From the IMG/VR virus record IMGVR_UViG_3300006028_000003, positions 1-64,000 of that record: DNA of 64,000 nucleotides; one strand, given 5' to 3'. Both the position numbers and the translations under genes were made by a program. The stretch comes from a virus. Below are positions 38,714-49,428 of this stretch, in pieces. How positions within the stretch are numbered: position 1 is the first letter of the stretch; each line of letters opens with the position of its first letter. The notes beneath the pieces were generated by a model. That model had not been told where the DNA came from. It saw only the letters and a program-made list of their open reading frames with translations, and did not search any database.

Positions 38714-40339
38714 TCATTTGTCTTGTTCCTTCAATCGCTGGTAGAGCTTCTGCATCCGTTCCGCCGCCGATGACCCCTCGAGCCCTCGAAAGTCCTCCTG
38801 CAATCTATCATCAGTCCTCCCTACAGCCGAGGTGAACGCATCGAGCTTTTGGATGAGGGCGCGCTTTATGAGCGACTCGATTGAGTTTTTGGCGATGCAG
38901 TACTGGATCAGAACATTTCTTCCGGGCTCCCGCCCGAATCTGCCCTCCCATTGGGTAAGGACCGACGGCACCCAGACGAGTTCCGCCACAACCCCGACGC
39001 TAGCGAACGAAAGGTTGATAGCCCCCGCCGTAGAGTCGAGCGTCGCACAAAGGAGGTCAGGTTGGCTTTTTAGAATTTCTTCCCGCTTCTTCATTGGGGT
39101 CTCGCCGGTGAGCGTTTCAATCCGCCAAGGGCCTTTCTGCGCTACCCCCTCTGCGATCGTCGCTACGATAGCCCGACGGTGGGCCCCGACGACAACCTTT
39201 AGACCCGCTTCAAGGTGACCGACGACAAGATCGATCACCTGAGGGAACTTACCGTCAGCCGCGGAGTTCAACGCTTGCCGAAGGAGCTTATCGGATTTGA
39301 CCGCGCTGCCGATCGGGGTAACAAAATTCCGAGCTACGTCGAGGGTTACAATTTGTCTGGTTCTCGCGGGGAGCTCCAAGGCAACCTCGCTCTTCAACCG
39401 ACGGAGCATGAATCCCCACGGAGTCGCGGGAGAATAATTCATCCGAGCATTGAGCTCATCAAGTTTGCTTGAGCCATCGAACTTCCAGATGTTGCGGGTT
39501 GTCTTTACTCCTTCAACTCGGATCTCAATCTGCTCTTGTTTCCCAGCGCAGTAGCAGAGCCCGTAGGCGAAGAACTTCCCGAAGCGACCTTTGCTAATAG
39601 CTTCGACTGGCGCGTGAAGGTCACGGGGCCGGCTCGTCATGGGGGTCCCGGTGAGTCCCATACGGAACCTGCAGGCCTCGGCCAGTTTCGCTACCGCGTT
39701 AGTCCTTCGGCTACTCCCCCCCATGCAGTAGTGTAGCTCATCGACGATGAGTGTTTCAGCCCCCCAGGCGATGAGGATGTCAACCCAGGCGTAGAGGATG
39801 TCGAAGTGGATGACGACAATATCGAGGTCGACGACGGCTAGGTTATGCTCCGGTTTGACGCCCTTCAACCCGATGGCCTTCGCATCCTTCCACCACTTGC
39901 GGAGCTCTCCATCCTTCGGGTCGAGCCATACGGACCGCCCGAAGGACGGGCACACGATGACAGTCTTGCGTTTCAATGCGCGGGCTGCGGTTGCCGCCTG
40001 AGCGCTCTTCCCCATTGCAACCTCGTCGGCAAGGATGCAGCCCTCTTCAGCCTTCGCGATGAGGAACTCGACACCTTTGATCTGGTAGCCTCGTAGGCCC
40101 TTCTCGGCCACTGGCATCGTCGGAATCCCTACGGCGCCGTCGACTCCCCCAATTATTTGAAGGCCCCTTTTTCGGAGCCGGGCCGCGGTTACCGCGACTG
40201 CATCGGCGTAGCCTACCCAAGCTTTGTTGGGGTCATCCCAGCGCATCCCGGGGGTCGCCTTGCACTCGAACCTGACGACATTGCTGAAGCCGCTTTTGAT
40301 GCCCCAGGTCTGGCGGTCGATGCGGATAACTTGGATCAT
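38714..40339 (-). CDS. SNF2-family helicase
   Basis: LRGYQ, ILADEVAMGKS, IVCP, IVDELH, LTGTP, MLRRLKSEV..ELP, AINLSFA, QWEGRFGR. Confidence 0.88.
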   Translation of the reverse strand: MIQVIRIDRQTWGIKSGFSNVVRFECKATPGMRWDDPNKAWVGYADAVAVTAARLRKRGLQIIGGVDGAVGIPTMPVAEKGLRGYQIKGVEFLIAKAEEGCILADEVAMGKSAQAATAARALKRKTVIVCPSFGRSVWLDPKDGELRKWWKDAKAIGLKGVKPEHNLAVVDLDIVVIHFDILYAWVDILIAWGAETLIVDELHYCMGGSSRRTNAVAKLAEACRFRMGLTGTPMTSRPRDLHAPVEAISKGRFGKFFAYGLCYCAGKQEQIEIRVEGVKTTRNIWKFDGSSKLDELNARMNYSPATPWGFMLRRLKSEVALELPARTRQIVTLDVARNFVTPIGSAVKSDKLLRQALNSAADGKFPQVIDLVVGHLEAGLKVVVGAHRRAIVATIAEGVAQKGPWRIETLTGETPMKKREEILKSQPDLLCATLDSTAGAINLSFASVGVVAELVWVPSVLTQWEGRFGREPGRNVLIQYCIAKNSIESLIKRALIQKLDAFTSAVGRTDDRLQEDFRGLEGSSAAERMQKLYQRLKEQDK

Positions 40340-43300
40340 TGACTGTCCAACGCCGCTTTGATCTCTGCGCGTACGGCTGCCCACCGCCTTACGTTATCGG
40401 CCTCGCTCCGTTCCGCTTCGCCCGCCTGCTCTTCAAGGCGCTCCGCGGTCCAGGAAAGGATGCGAACGCACTCGTAGAGAGCCTCTTCGAGCGTACGCCC
40501 GACTCCGGTTTCAACGCTTTGCGATGTGGCCGGTCGAAACTCTACCGAGATGAGGCGCTCGCCCGCCTTGAATCGTTCCGGCAAGCCCTCGCCGGAGTAG
40601 GTGAAGCGCTCGACGATGAAACGAGGCTGGCGGTTCATGTCGACGTACGCCAGGTCAAGAACCAAGTTTATCAATTTGTCGGTTTTGGTCATGCCCTTAT
40701 GCCCTCACCTTGATCGCCTCGAAGATCCGTTTCGCTTCCAACCCAAGAGAAGTAATTCTCGCATGGCAAACGTTTTCCGGATCACACGCGCAGTCGTAGA
40801 TCTCGACGAGGCCTCGCTCTTGAAGCCCGGTCAGGATCTGGGTCACCGCGAAGGGAAAATGGAAAGCCGCCTCACAAGCGGAGGAGCAAACGTCACCGAC
40901 GGCGGTCGAGAGGGCCCAGTATTCGGAGGAGGTGAGGCCTTTCATTCTTCCTCTTTGAGCTCGGCGGCTAATTGGAGTAGCTCTTGATCAAGTCGATGCC
41001 GCTCCTTGAGCCAACTTTGGGCCGACTCCTTGCTTGTAGCCCTACCGATCCTTCGGTCTGCATCCTCCCGAGCGCGCTCAAGTAAAGCCTTCTGCTCCTC
41101 GTAGCTGCTAGGCCCTGGCTTCATCAACCGATCCGCAAACCAGAGGCCCCCGAGTGTTACCGCGGTGACGCTCGCGAAGAGCCCAATGATGATGGTCTCG
41201 AAGATCATGGCCTCAGGCCTTCCATCATCTTGTAGATCGCCATCGCCGCGATGACGACGAGGGCAAACGTAGCGACGACGGCGAAGATGGGATCTTCCTT
41301 CATTTGGTCTCGGCTGGGAGCTCAGGTAGCCCCTTTGCTCGGCGTAGTAAGTTCAATTGGTTATTGTCCAGGGAGATCACCGGCCAACCATCGCCTTCGC
41401 CGTAGTACTCCTGCCCGCAGCCTGGGCAGGTCTCAGTGTTGCCGTACCCAGGCTCTCCGATCGGTGCCCTACATAAATCGCAGGTGCTCATTCGGGTTCG
41501 ATCTCTTCGAGCCACCAAGACACCCGTTGCCAGATGCGGCGAAGGGCTCGGCGCAAAAGGTTCGGCTTCTTGTAGACGTGCGGGGGCGCCAGTACGGTCA
41601 TGCAACCGGTCTCGGGATTGTACCACTTGAGCGATCCATCTTCGGCGACGTAAAGACTTCCGCGTTTTTCAACGTGAGGGTTCATAGCTCTTCCCAGTCT
41701 GCGATCGTGTAACTTGGCTTGTAGTCGGTCAAGTCTCTCTCGCGTCTCGGTTGTTTCTTGCGGCCTCGGCGGCACCATTCGCCATCGCAGTTGCCGCACC
41801 TTTCCACGAGCGGCCCTAGGACCACGATGGCCCCCGCGTGATCCTTTAGCGATATGCCGCAGAGCGTCGTCGGCGAGCGGTGAGGAACCGCGTGGGCCTT
41901 GTCGCCTTGATGGGTGCGGATCCATCTCATGGCTTCTCGCTTGGTAATTCCCATCTCTGATCCGCAATCTTGATGGCCCCGCAACACGCGCACCACACAA
42001 TCCTCCGGGTCGCGGAAACCAAGACCGGTGAGTGTTGATGCTGCGCCGCATCGTTGGCGGCCTTCAGCTTTTGGGTTGACTCCCAGGGGGTCATCGTTGT
42101 TTCTCGCTGACGTAAAAGAGCTTCTCGGCCGTGATCGGCGGAACGTGCTCGCCTTCGTAGGCCAGGAACGTTCCTGCCTTCCCAGCCCACCCGGTATCCC
42201 GGGCTGCGAACGGCAAATTGAAGAACCTCCGTGCGGCTAGGTAAGCGGCCCCGACGAAGGAAGTTGATTCAACGGTCCCCAGCAACCGGCCGATCGAGGT
42301 CTTCTTGCGGATCTCGTAGATCACCTGGGCTCCTTTAGCATCCGCTCTGCTTCAGCGGCAGCTTTGAAGTACGTCTCATCGGAGACGAAGCTGAGGTCGG
42401 CGTAGGCACTAACGGAATAGCCTAGGAGCTGCCAAAACTGTTCTAGGTCATCGACGTCGAATTGGTAGACCATAATATCGTTGAGGTTGATTCGCTTCGT
42501 CTCGAAGAGCCATTCTACAACGGCGTTGGCCTGAAACCTTACGACTCCCTCGGCGTCGAACACAAGCGGCTGCATCGGTTGCTTTACCGCGGGTTTGAGG
42601 GGTTTCATTCCGTCGCCCCCTTGACCGACCGAAGCCTCCGCTCTGCCTGCACCCGCGCTTCAGCGAGCGCCGCGTTGAGCTCGAAGGCCGCGAGATGGTA
42701 GGGCCTCGGATCCTTCCCTTCGGAGCGAGCGAACTTGACGGCTTCAATTACAAGCCGCTCCTTAGCTTTTTCGATTCGTTTGGTCACGGCGATACCTCCT
42801 CGACGGTTCCCCCGACAAGTTTTGCAAGAAGCTCGAACCGGGGCCGATCGTTGGGTTGGCACACCAAGCAAACATGCTCGTCACTTCCCCAGTCAGCCCT
42901 TTGCCCGAGGAGGCGATCCCACCAAAAGCCTTTGAGAAAAAGGCCGACGTTGTTTTTGATCACAATCATGACGGTAAAACTCCTCCTCGTAGCCAGGCGA
43001 CGACAATCGCGCCCCTCAACATTTCGACGTGGCCCCCGCCGCGGCATTCAAAGAGAAAGCTCTTCCAAGCCTCTTCCTCGGTGAGGCCGGAGCCAACGAA
43101 GCTCCCTCGGCGTCGGATTGAGAAGTCGCCGGAGGAGAGGGGCTTGGGGGCTTTGATGGGGTTGGGGTTCATAGGTACGGGCCTTGGAGGGGATCATTTA
43201 GGGCGGCAAGGGCTGATTCGCATTCGTCTTGTTGTAAGGCCTCGCCGAGGGCCCCGACGATCTCTTTGCGCGGGTGCTTCCAAGGCCACCGCGGCTCTCG

Positions 43301-44147
43301 GACCTTTGCGACGGCCGGCGCCCTGAAGGTCTTCCACGTCGCCTCGCGGGCCTTCTTACGAGCCCGCTGAAACCTTCTCCGTCTCCACTTCATTGCTTCT
43401 TCTCCTTCTTGTCGAGCGCCTCATTGTAGAGGCCGATAATCTGGGCCCAGACCAGCGCGTCAACGGCTAGGCCCATTTCTACGTATTTGGTGATTACTCT
43501 CTGGGCCCATTCGCGAAAGTTTGTTTCGTTGAGATCCGCCATCATTTTCTCCTCGGTTTGACCGTCTCAGTATCGCTAGCTCTTCGTTCCGCCGGAGGCG
43601 CTTCCCAACTTTTCCCGGTGGAACAACTTTCATCGGCGGCGATAATGAGGGCGCTCGGCTCAGGGGTTGGCAAAAACCGGCGCCGTCGGAGCTTGGGGCC
43701 GTCGGGGGCCGGCGGTAGGATGGTGGCCCGACGTTTCATAGCTTGAGCCTCTTCGCCCTGATGACCTCGCCCAACGTCGCGAGGGTCTTCTGGTCAACCT
43801 TTCGACGTCGGGCTGACAGCTTCGCGGCTTGTTCGCGTCGACACACGCCGCAGACGAGGAAACCCTCGAACGTTGAGAAGCCGCCGATGGGATCGTCAGC
43901 GTCGCAGCATTCGCAGGTCGCGGGGCCGGCGGGGGAGGGCTTGCGCTTCATCGAGGCCCCGTACGCCCAACAGTGCCGTATTTGCTTGCCTCTAGTGCCG
44001 GCCTGTCAAGATGCTCCTCGATAATCTTAGCGAGCTCCTCAAGAGCATCGGCGAGGAGCCCGATTGTATGGTCAAACCGAAGGATTCGAGGCTCCGGGTC
44101 GAGCTGCTTCTTGACTTCGGCAATCTTCACCCTGACTTCCGCGAGGC

Positions 44148-44513
44148 TCATCGCTTCCCCCTAAGCTTCCGGGGCGAACACCCCTTGCACTTTGCCATCG
44201 CTCGTTTCACTTGTCGGATCTCCTTATCGAGTTGCTTGATGATCTCTCGAGGGTCGCGCCAGTCGTTGATCCATTCTTCGTCGGCTTTGATTCGTTCGAG
44301 TGCGTCGAGCGCCGGGTGAAGCGGCGGCCCCCCGAGGATATCGGTCCCATGCGAGAGCAGCAAAACTTGAATCGCTGCCCTCGCGTTAGCGTAATGGTAG
44401 CTTGCGGCTCGGTTTGCCTTGCGTTTGATGGCCGTCTCGATATGGCGGCTCAACACCGCGACCATATCGCTCGCCGAGTCGTTGGAGAATGGCCCCACAC
44501 CCCAGGCGCCCAT
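44148..44513 (-). CDS. DUF4259-like protein
   Basis: Characteristic N-terminus MGAWGVGPFSNDSASD. Confidence 0.65.
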   Translation of the reverse strand: MGAWGVGPFSNDSASDMVAVLSRHIETAIKRKANRAASYHYANARAAIQVLLLSHGTDILGGPPLHPALDALERIKADEEWINDWRDPREIIKQLDKEIRQVKRAMAKCKGCSPRKLRGKR

Positions 44514-44838
44514 CAGAGTCCAATCCCCCTAAGCGTATCCCTCCGCGGCATCTCTTCCTCTTCCTCTTCCCGATCCGAAGCCGCCAAGAACTTCTGGTCC
44601 CCGAGCAATGCCGCTAGGGCCTTCTCCGCACGGGCGGCCAATTCCGGCCCGCCTCGTTGGACCAATCGGCCGAGGGCCCCAACGGCGACGCTCCAATCGT
44701 TGGGAGGGCATTCCTCCACCTGTTTGAGATCTAGGATCTCATACTTCGTTCGGAGGTCGGAAACTTGGGCCTCGGTCCGAGGGAGCTGTAGATTGACCAG
44801 GCCGATGCCGGGGGCGTTGATGGTAACGTGGAACTTTT

Positions 44839-45174
44839 TCATAGAGAAACCTTGGGGCGTTGGATGTTCTGGGCCTGCCAATAGGACTTTGGGAAGACGA
44901 CGGGGGCCCCCAGCACGACACTGGTGACGATCCAGTCATGATCGTTTTCTTGGATGAGATTAGCGACGTGAACCGGCCAATCTTGGCCCTTCGGTGTGAG
45001 CGCAATCGTCGCCGGGCCTTGCTTAGGCTCTCGCCCCACCCGCGCAACCCATGCCTTGATCGTTGAGGCGGTAACCCCAAACCGTTGCGCAATGTCGGAA
45101 AGCTCCTTCTTCTGATCGACTCGAAGCGAGTAGGCCTCGCGCATACGGTGGGTGGCCTTGCCGATGGGTTTCAT
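44839..45174 (-). CDS. Helix-turn-helix protein
   Basis: LSDIAQRFGVTASTIKAWV. Confidence 0.55.
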   Translation of the reverse strand: MKPIGKATHRMREAYSLRVDQKKELSDIAQRFGVTASTIKAWVARVGREPKQGPATIALTPKGQDWPVHVANLIQENDHDWIVTSVVLGAPVVFPKSYWQAQNIQRPKVSL

Positions 45175-45641
45175 GGCCCCTCGCTTGTGCTTTGCGGCAA
45201 CAATCGGTTGCCGGGTGTAGCCATCATCTCCGAGACAGTCTGGCCATTAGATAGCACCAGATCGGCCATAAACTCCCGTTGAGCGCTACTCAACCCAAGC
45301 CGGACAATCTCGAGCTTGCTCTTGACGACGAGGATCAAGGCCCGCCAGCGTTGGCGAGAGGCCTGCTCCCATTGCCTGTAGCGCCATTGGGCTCGTTTCG
45401 TTTCGGCCCAGCCGTGCCAGCCCCGGGGGGCATCTCCGCTCTTGGGAAAGTCACTCGGCTTCGGCAAAGGCACACTCAACCGATACTTGCCACCCCCAAG
45501 CGCGAAGGCGACGATGGCCTGCCCTTGCTGATCATCCGAGACGATGCCCCGGCTATTGGCCCCCGCCTTCCCGAGCAGGGTGTCGAGCTCGGCTTTGCTC
45601 CGCTCGACGGAGACGGAAGTGTTTTCGGCGAAGGCTTTCAT
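45171..45641 (-). CDS. Conserved phage hypothetical protein
   Basis: A.NTSVSVERSKAE...RQRWRAL.LVVKSKLE...EFMADLVL.NGQTV pattern. Confidence 0.6.
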   Translation of the reverse strand: MKAFAENTSVSVERSKAELDTLLGKAGANSRGIVSDDQQGQAIVAFALGGGKYRLSVPLPKPSDFPKSGDAPRGWHGWAETKRAQWRYRQWEQASRQRWRALILVVKSKLEIVRLGLSSAQREFMADLVLSNGQTVSEMMATPGNRLLPQSTSEGP

Positions 45642-46732
45642 GGGGTCTCGTTGACTTTGGCAAAGAAGGCGATGCAATCAAACTCAATCGTCGGCCGCTC
45701 ATCTTCCGGGGCAAAATAGGCCTCGATATCAGCTTCGGTGAGCTCGACAGGTTGGGTGTCGCGGGGACGGGGCGGAGCCTTGGGGAAGTTCATGATCGCA
45801 CCTTGGCCCCGGCGTGGAGCGTTTCGCCCGTCGTTACCCATTCTTGACCGGTCCACCGTTCGATCGGCGCCATCGGTCGGTTCAAGCGGGCCAATTCGGC
45901 CGCCGCTTGTTTGGTCTGACGCGGACTATTGACGCGAAACAGGCGCCCTGCGATGAGAACGTATAGGCCCCGCACTTTAGGTTGGAAGATCATGATCGTT
46001 TCTCCGCGCGCCAGCTCAGGATCACCCGTTCGCACTGCTCCCACGCGTCGACGTCTCGCCCGACAAGGCGCAACGCCCGATCGCAGATCTCGACCTGCGC
46101 TAAGTCGCCAGCCTGACCGGCGGCCGTGCGGAGCGACTCCACATCAGCGTCGGTCACAGCGATCGGATCGTCGCTATCCGGGTAGCTACGCCCAGCCGGT
46201 AGCGCCGTTCCGTAGGCTGCGCGCAGGGGGTGAGCGTAACCGCGCTCTCCGTTGCGCGTGCTGTCCAGATTGGCGGGCGTCGTATCCCAATCGACCTCCC
46301 AGCCGTCAGGGCACGCCGCGTCGACTTCGCCCGCGTCGACGTCGCCCCACACCTTGACGCGCGGTCCGACAGCGCCGTCGATCTCAAATTCGATGGACAT
46401 CGTCTCATCCTCCTTCGTGCCCATATCCAAGAGTACGTCACTTCCGCGCGAAGCTTTAGTCGCGAAGATTCTTTTTTAGTCTGTAGAGTACTGCTCCGAC
46501 ACCATAGCAATCTGCCGCCTGCCAGCCGACGTAAGACCGATTCTCACCCAGCCGTTGCCGATCGGCGTCCGATAGAGCCAGCCAGCGGTAAGGCAAGACT
46601 CGATGTCGTCGTCCAAGCGCTGCCCCTCAAGCCGCTCGATCGGCCATTCATACGAGAGCGTGAGCGTATCCCAGCGCGGATCGAATTCTGCCATCGTCGT
46701 CTCCCTTGTTTGGCTTCCGCCTTCGATGCCTC

Positions 46733-46763
46733 GTTTGACGGAGGCATCGACGGCGATATTCAA
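46733..46763 (-). promoter_or_regulatory. Repeated promoter motif copy 1, TTGAAT-N17-CGTCAAAC
   Basis: Exact boxes; upstream of the ATG at 46694. Confidence 0.7.
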
Positions 46764-47359
46764 ACAACGGGGGGCATACCCGAAAGTTTTCGCATGAGGT
46801 TTTTCGCCGTATCGAAGGGACCACTGTTCAGGGCCGCGTCGAGGTCCCCTCGTCCGTACTCGGCAGCCGTCGAGCCAAGCCTATTGACTGGTCGGGCGAG
46901 ACGTTCCGCGAGTAGGGCCGCGTCCTTCATGCAGGTTTCGGCGTAGCGCCGCGCATCGGCTCGAACGCGTGAGGGGTAGTTATCGCCGCCGAACGAATTG
47001 AGCGGCTCGACGGCTCCGTAAGAGACGCAAGCCTCGACGATGGCGAGCATGTGGCCCTCGGAGTCTTTCGCGGCAATGAGGTCGCCCGAGTCACTCACGA
47101 TGCCTTCAACCGTCATCCGCGACCCGACGCACGCGAGGGCTGACTTGATCCGATCGATCGGCAAGGTCGAGAGATTGACCCGCTTGACCTCACACACATA
47201 TTGGGCTTGCCTGTCCGCCTTGCAGTCCTCTTCGCCGCAAGCATCCCACATGTTCGTGAAGTCAAGCACGTACCAAGAGCCGTCCTTGGCGCGCCGTGCC
47301 CACTTGCCCCCGTAGTCGCCCCAATTGACGTCTGAGCCGATGTCCGTCCAACCGCGCAT
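46760..47359 (-). CDS. Hypothetical early protein
   Basis: 199 aa ORF directly downstream of a promoter motif and RBS. Confidence 0.6.
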   Translation of the reverse strand: MRGWTDIGSDVNWGDYGGKWARRAKDGSWYVLDFTNMWDACGEEDCKADRQAQYVCEVKRVNLSTLPIDRIKSALACVGSRMTVEGIVSDSGDLIAAKDSEGHMLAIVEACVSYGAVEPLNSFGGDNYPSRVRADARRYAETCMKDAALLAERLARPVNRLGSTAAEYGRGDLDAALNSGPFDTAKNLMRKLSGMPPVV

Positions 47360-47389
47360 GATGATCCGCCTTTCTTGCTTGAAGTCTCT

Positions 47390-47420
47390 GTTTGACGAGC
47401 CGCCTCGCCCGATTATTCAA
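47390..47420 (-). promoter_or_regulatory. Repeated promoter motif copy 2, TTGAAT-N17-CGTCAAAC
   Basis: Exact boxes; upstream of the ORF starting at 47359. Confidence 0.72.
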
Positions 47421-47980
47421 CGTCGCCCGATCGCCAGCGTCGCCGGAACGATGGCAAGCGCGAAGGCGAGGAGCGGGACCCACATGAGAATCATGCGTCT
47501 ACCGCTTGCGCTACTAGCGCCCGAGCCGCGTCATGGTCGAAGCCGAAGGCACGTGCCTCGCGTTCCGCGACGTTCACCCACCCACTCATCGCCTCGACGG
47601 CCGCGTACATGCCGCGCCCGTAGGCGCTAGCGTCGTAGTGTTCGTGGTGGGAGATTGCCTCCCAGGTCATGCCGAACCGCCAAAGTTGAATGGCGAAGGC
47701 GAATCCCGCCTCAAAGTTGTCGGGGGTCATGCGCCCCCCGCGGCAAGAAACGCGGCAACGGCCGCTGAGGCCTGCGCCAACGTCGCGTAACTGCCGTTGG
47801 CCGTCGGGTGCTCGATGCGGCTCGTGGCGCCCCCCGCGACAAGAGGGCGCCCGATTGAGAGGCCTCCCCCACGAACCCACATGATGTTGAGGCTAGTTCC
47901 AGGGACCGCGAAAACGACCGCGGCAGGGTTTCGGTAGACTATCTTGGGCTTGGCCATCGTCCGCCTCTCTTTCTTGCCCT

Positions 47981-48011
47981 GTTTGACGCCTCCCCCACCC
48001 GATTCATTCAA
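47981..48011 (-). promoter_or_regulatory. Repeated promoter motif copy 3, TTGAAT-N17-CGTCAAAC
   Basis: Exact boxes; upstream of the ATG at 47957; divergent from copy 4. Confidence 0.72.
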
Positions 48012-48063
48012 CCCCCCCGATTCTTTTTTCTGGCCCCTACATGGGGGCCGGGAGAAAAAAGTG

Positions 48064-48093
48064 TTGAATGAATCGACGGCCCCCACGTCAAAC
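48064..48093 (+). promoter_or_regulatory. Repeated promoter motif copy 4, TTGAAT-N16-CGTCAAAC
   Basis: Exact boxes; upstream of the ATG at 48113. Confidence 0.72.
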
Positions 48094-48112
48094 AGGCACA
48101 AGGGAGACGATC

Positions 48113-48457
48113 ATGACGACTTTTTCGAGCTCGACTCAAGTTCAGGCCGATGGCGCGCGCGTCGAAACGGGCGTTGTCCACCATGAAGGGAAGGCCTTCG
48201 CCGCCCTCGGTTCCGTCGTCGACGTCGCGTCGGGCCTCGTCAACGCCTACGTCTCTGAGAATGGGGGCGTCTACACCCTGACGACGTGGGAGGGTACCCC
48301 GATCGCCCCTCTCATCTTGACGGGCAAGTGGCAACAGTGGGGTCTCGGAGGCGTCCGAAACACGATCTGGGCTTGGCGCGCGACCGTCGACGGGGTCAGG
48401 TTCAGCGGTCGGAACTCCGGCCCGGGCATGTTCATCCGGATGCGCGCCAAGGTTTGA
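48113..48457 (+). CDS. Hypothetical early protein
   Basis: GGGAGA RBS, start MTTFSS, downstream of the promoter motif. Confidence 0.6.
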   Translation: MTTFSSSTQVQADGARVETGVVHHEGKAFAALGSVVDVASGLVNAYVSENGGVYTLTTWEGTPIAPLILTGKWQQWGLGGVRNTIWAWRATVDGVRFSGRNSGPGMFIRMRAKV

Positions 48458-48483
48458 ATGAATCGCGCCCCCGCGCGTCAAAC
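48454..48483 (+). promoter_or_regulatory. Repeated promoter motif copy 5, TTGAAT-N16-CGTCAAAC
   Basis: Exact boxes; upstream of the ATG at 48506. Confidence 0.72.
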
Positions 48484-48505
48484 AGAGGGAAGGGAGAGAA
48501 CGACG

Positions 48506-48874
48506 ATGGCATCGAAACGAGGCTTGCAGGTGCGGCCCCCCGTGGGGTCGAAGGTGCGACTGACCGGCTACTTTCTCAAGTCGACGGGTCAGATCAAAGG
48601 GGAGGAAGGGGCCAAGCGCTGGACTGTCGTTGACTGCGGATACGACTGCCTTTGCGGTCTCGGAGGCCACGTCGGAGTGAACGAGCCGACCGACACGTCA
48701 ACGGGGTACGATGACATCGCCCCCGAAGTGCGCGCGAAGATGGTGCGCCACATCGCGCTCGGTAACTTGGAACTCGTCGGTGCGCCGCCTAAGGCAGCCG
48801 ATCAGGGTGACGCCATGGGCCCAATCAAGTTGCCGCTCGGACATCCGGACGATCCGCCGAGGGCCCGTCGATGA
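48506..48874 (+). CDS. Hypothetical early protein
   Basis: GGGAGA RBS, start MASKRG. Confidence 0.55.
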   Translation: MASKRGLQVRPPVGSKVRLTGYFLKSTGQIKGEEGAKRWTVVDCGYDCLCGLGGHVGVNEPTDTSTGYDDIAPEVRAKMVRHIALGNLELVGAPPKAADQGDAMGPIKLPLGHPDDPPRARR

Positions 48875-49428
48875 TCCTCGATGAGCTCTGTCCCGAATGT
48901 CACGGCCGTCCGTCACTCGCTCTAGTGCGACGGACCCACAACACCCGCAAGTGACTCGAATGCGGCCACTGTTGGAACGAAGAGAGGCAAGAGCCGATGT
49001 TGGATCGAAAAGGATGGGTGAGACGATGAGCCAAGACGACGTCACGGAAGCCCTCCGAGATTGGGATGCCCGTTTCTGGGAAGCGACCGAGACGCGTTGC
49101 TATGACCGCATGTCGCCTTTGCAGGCGCGGGAGCTACGAGAACAGCGAATCACCTACGGCACTGGCCCCACTGGGCTAACCGGCGCGACCTGTAGCACCT
49201 GCGGAGCTTTGCTAGGGCCGACCCCCAAGAGCCCTCCAAAACCGCCCCGCTAACCCCCCTTCTCCCCACCGCGCAACGCCGCAAAGCCCTTGCAATGAGC
49301 TAAGGCCTCCCGAGGGGCCTACCCCTTCTAAAGCGAGGCCTGGCCTGAGGGCCTAGACCCCAGACCCGAGGCCTTTGACGGCCCCCGACCGAGGCCTTAG
49401 GTTTCGGGCCTAGGCCGAACTATGGGCG

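Larger units (their letters stand above)
40336..47957 (-). other. Dense cluster of about 25 small, overlapping hypothetical genes (early or host-takeover type region)
   Basis: Successive 60-200 aa ORFs with ATGA/TGATG overlaps, all on the minus strand downstream of repeated promoter motifs. Confidence 0.65.
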
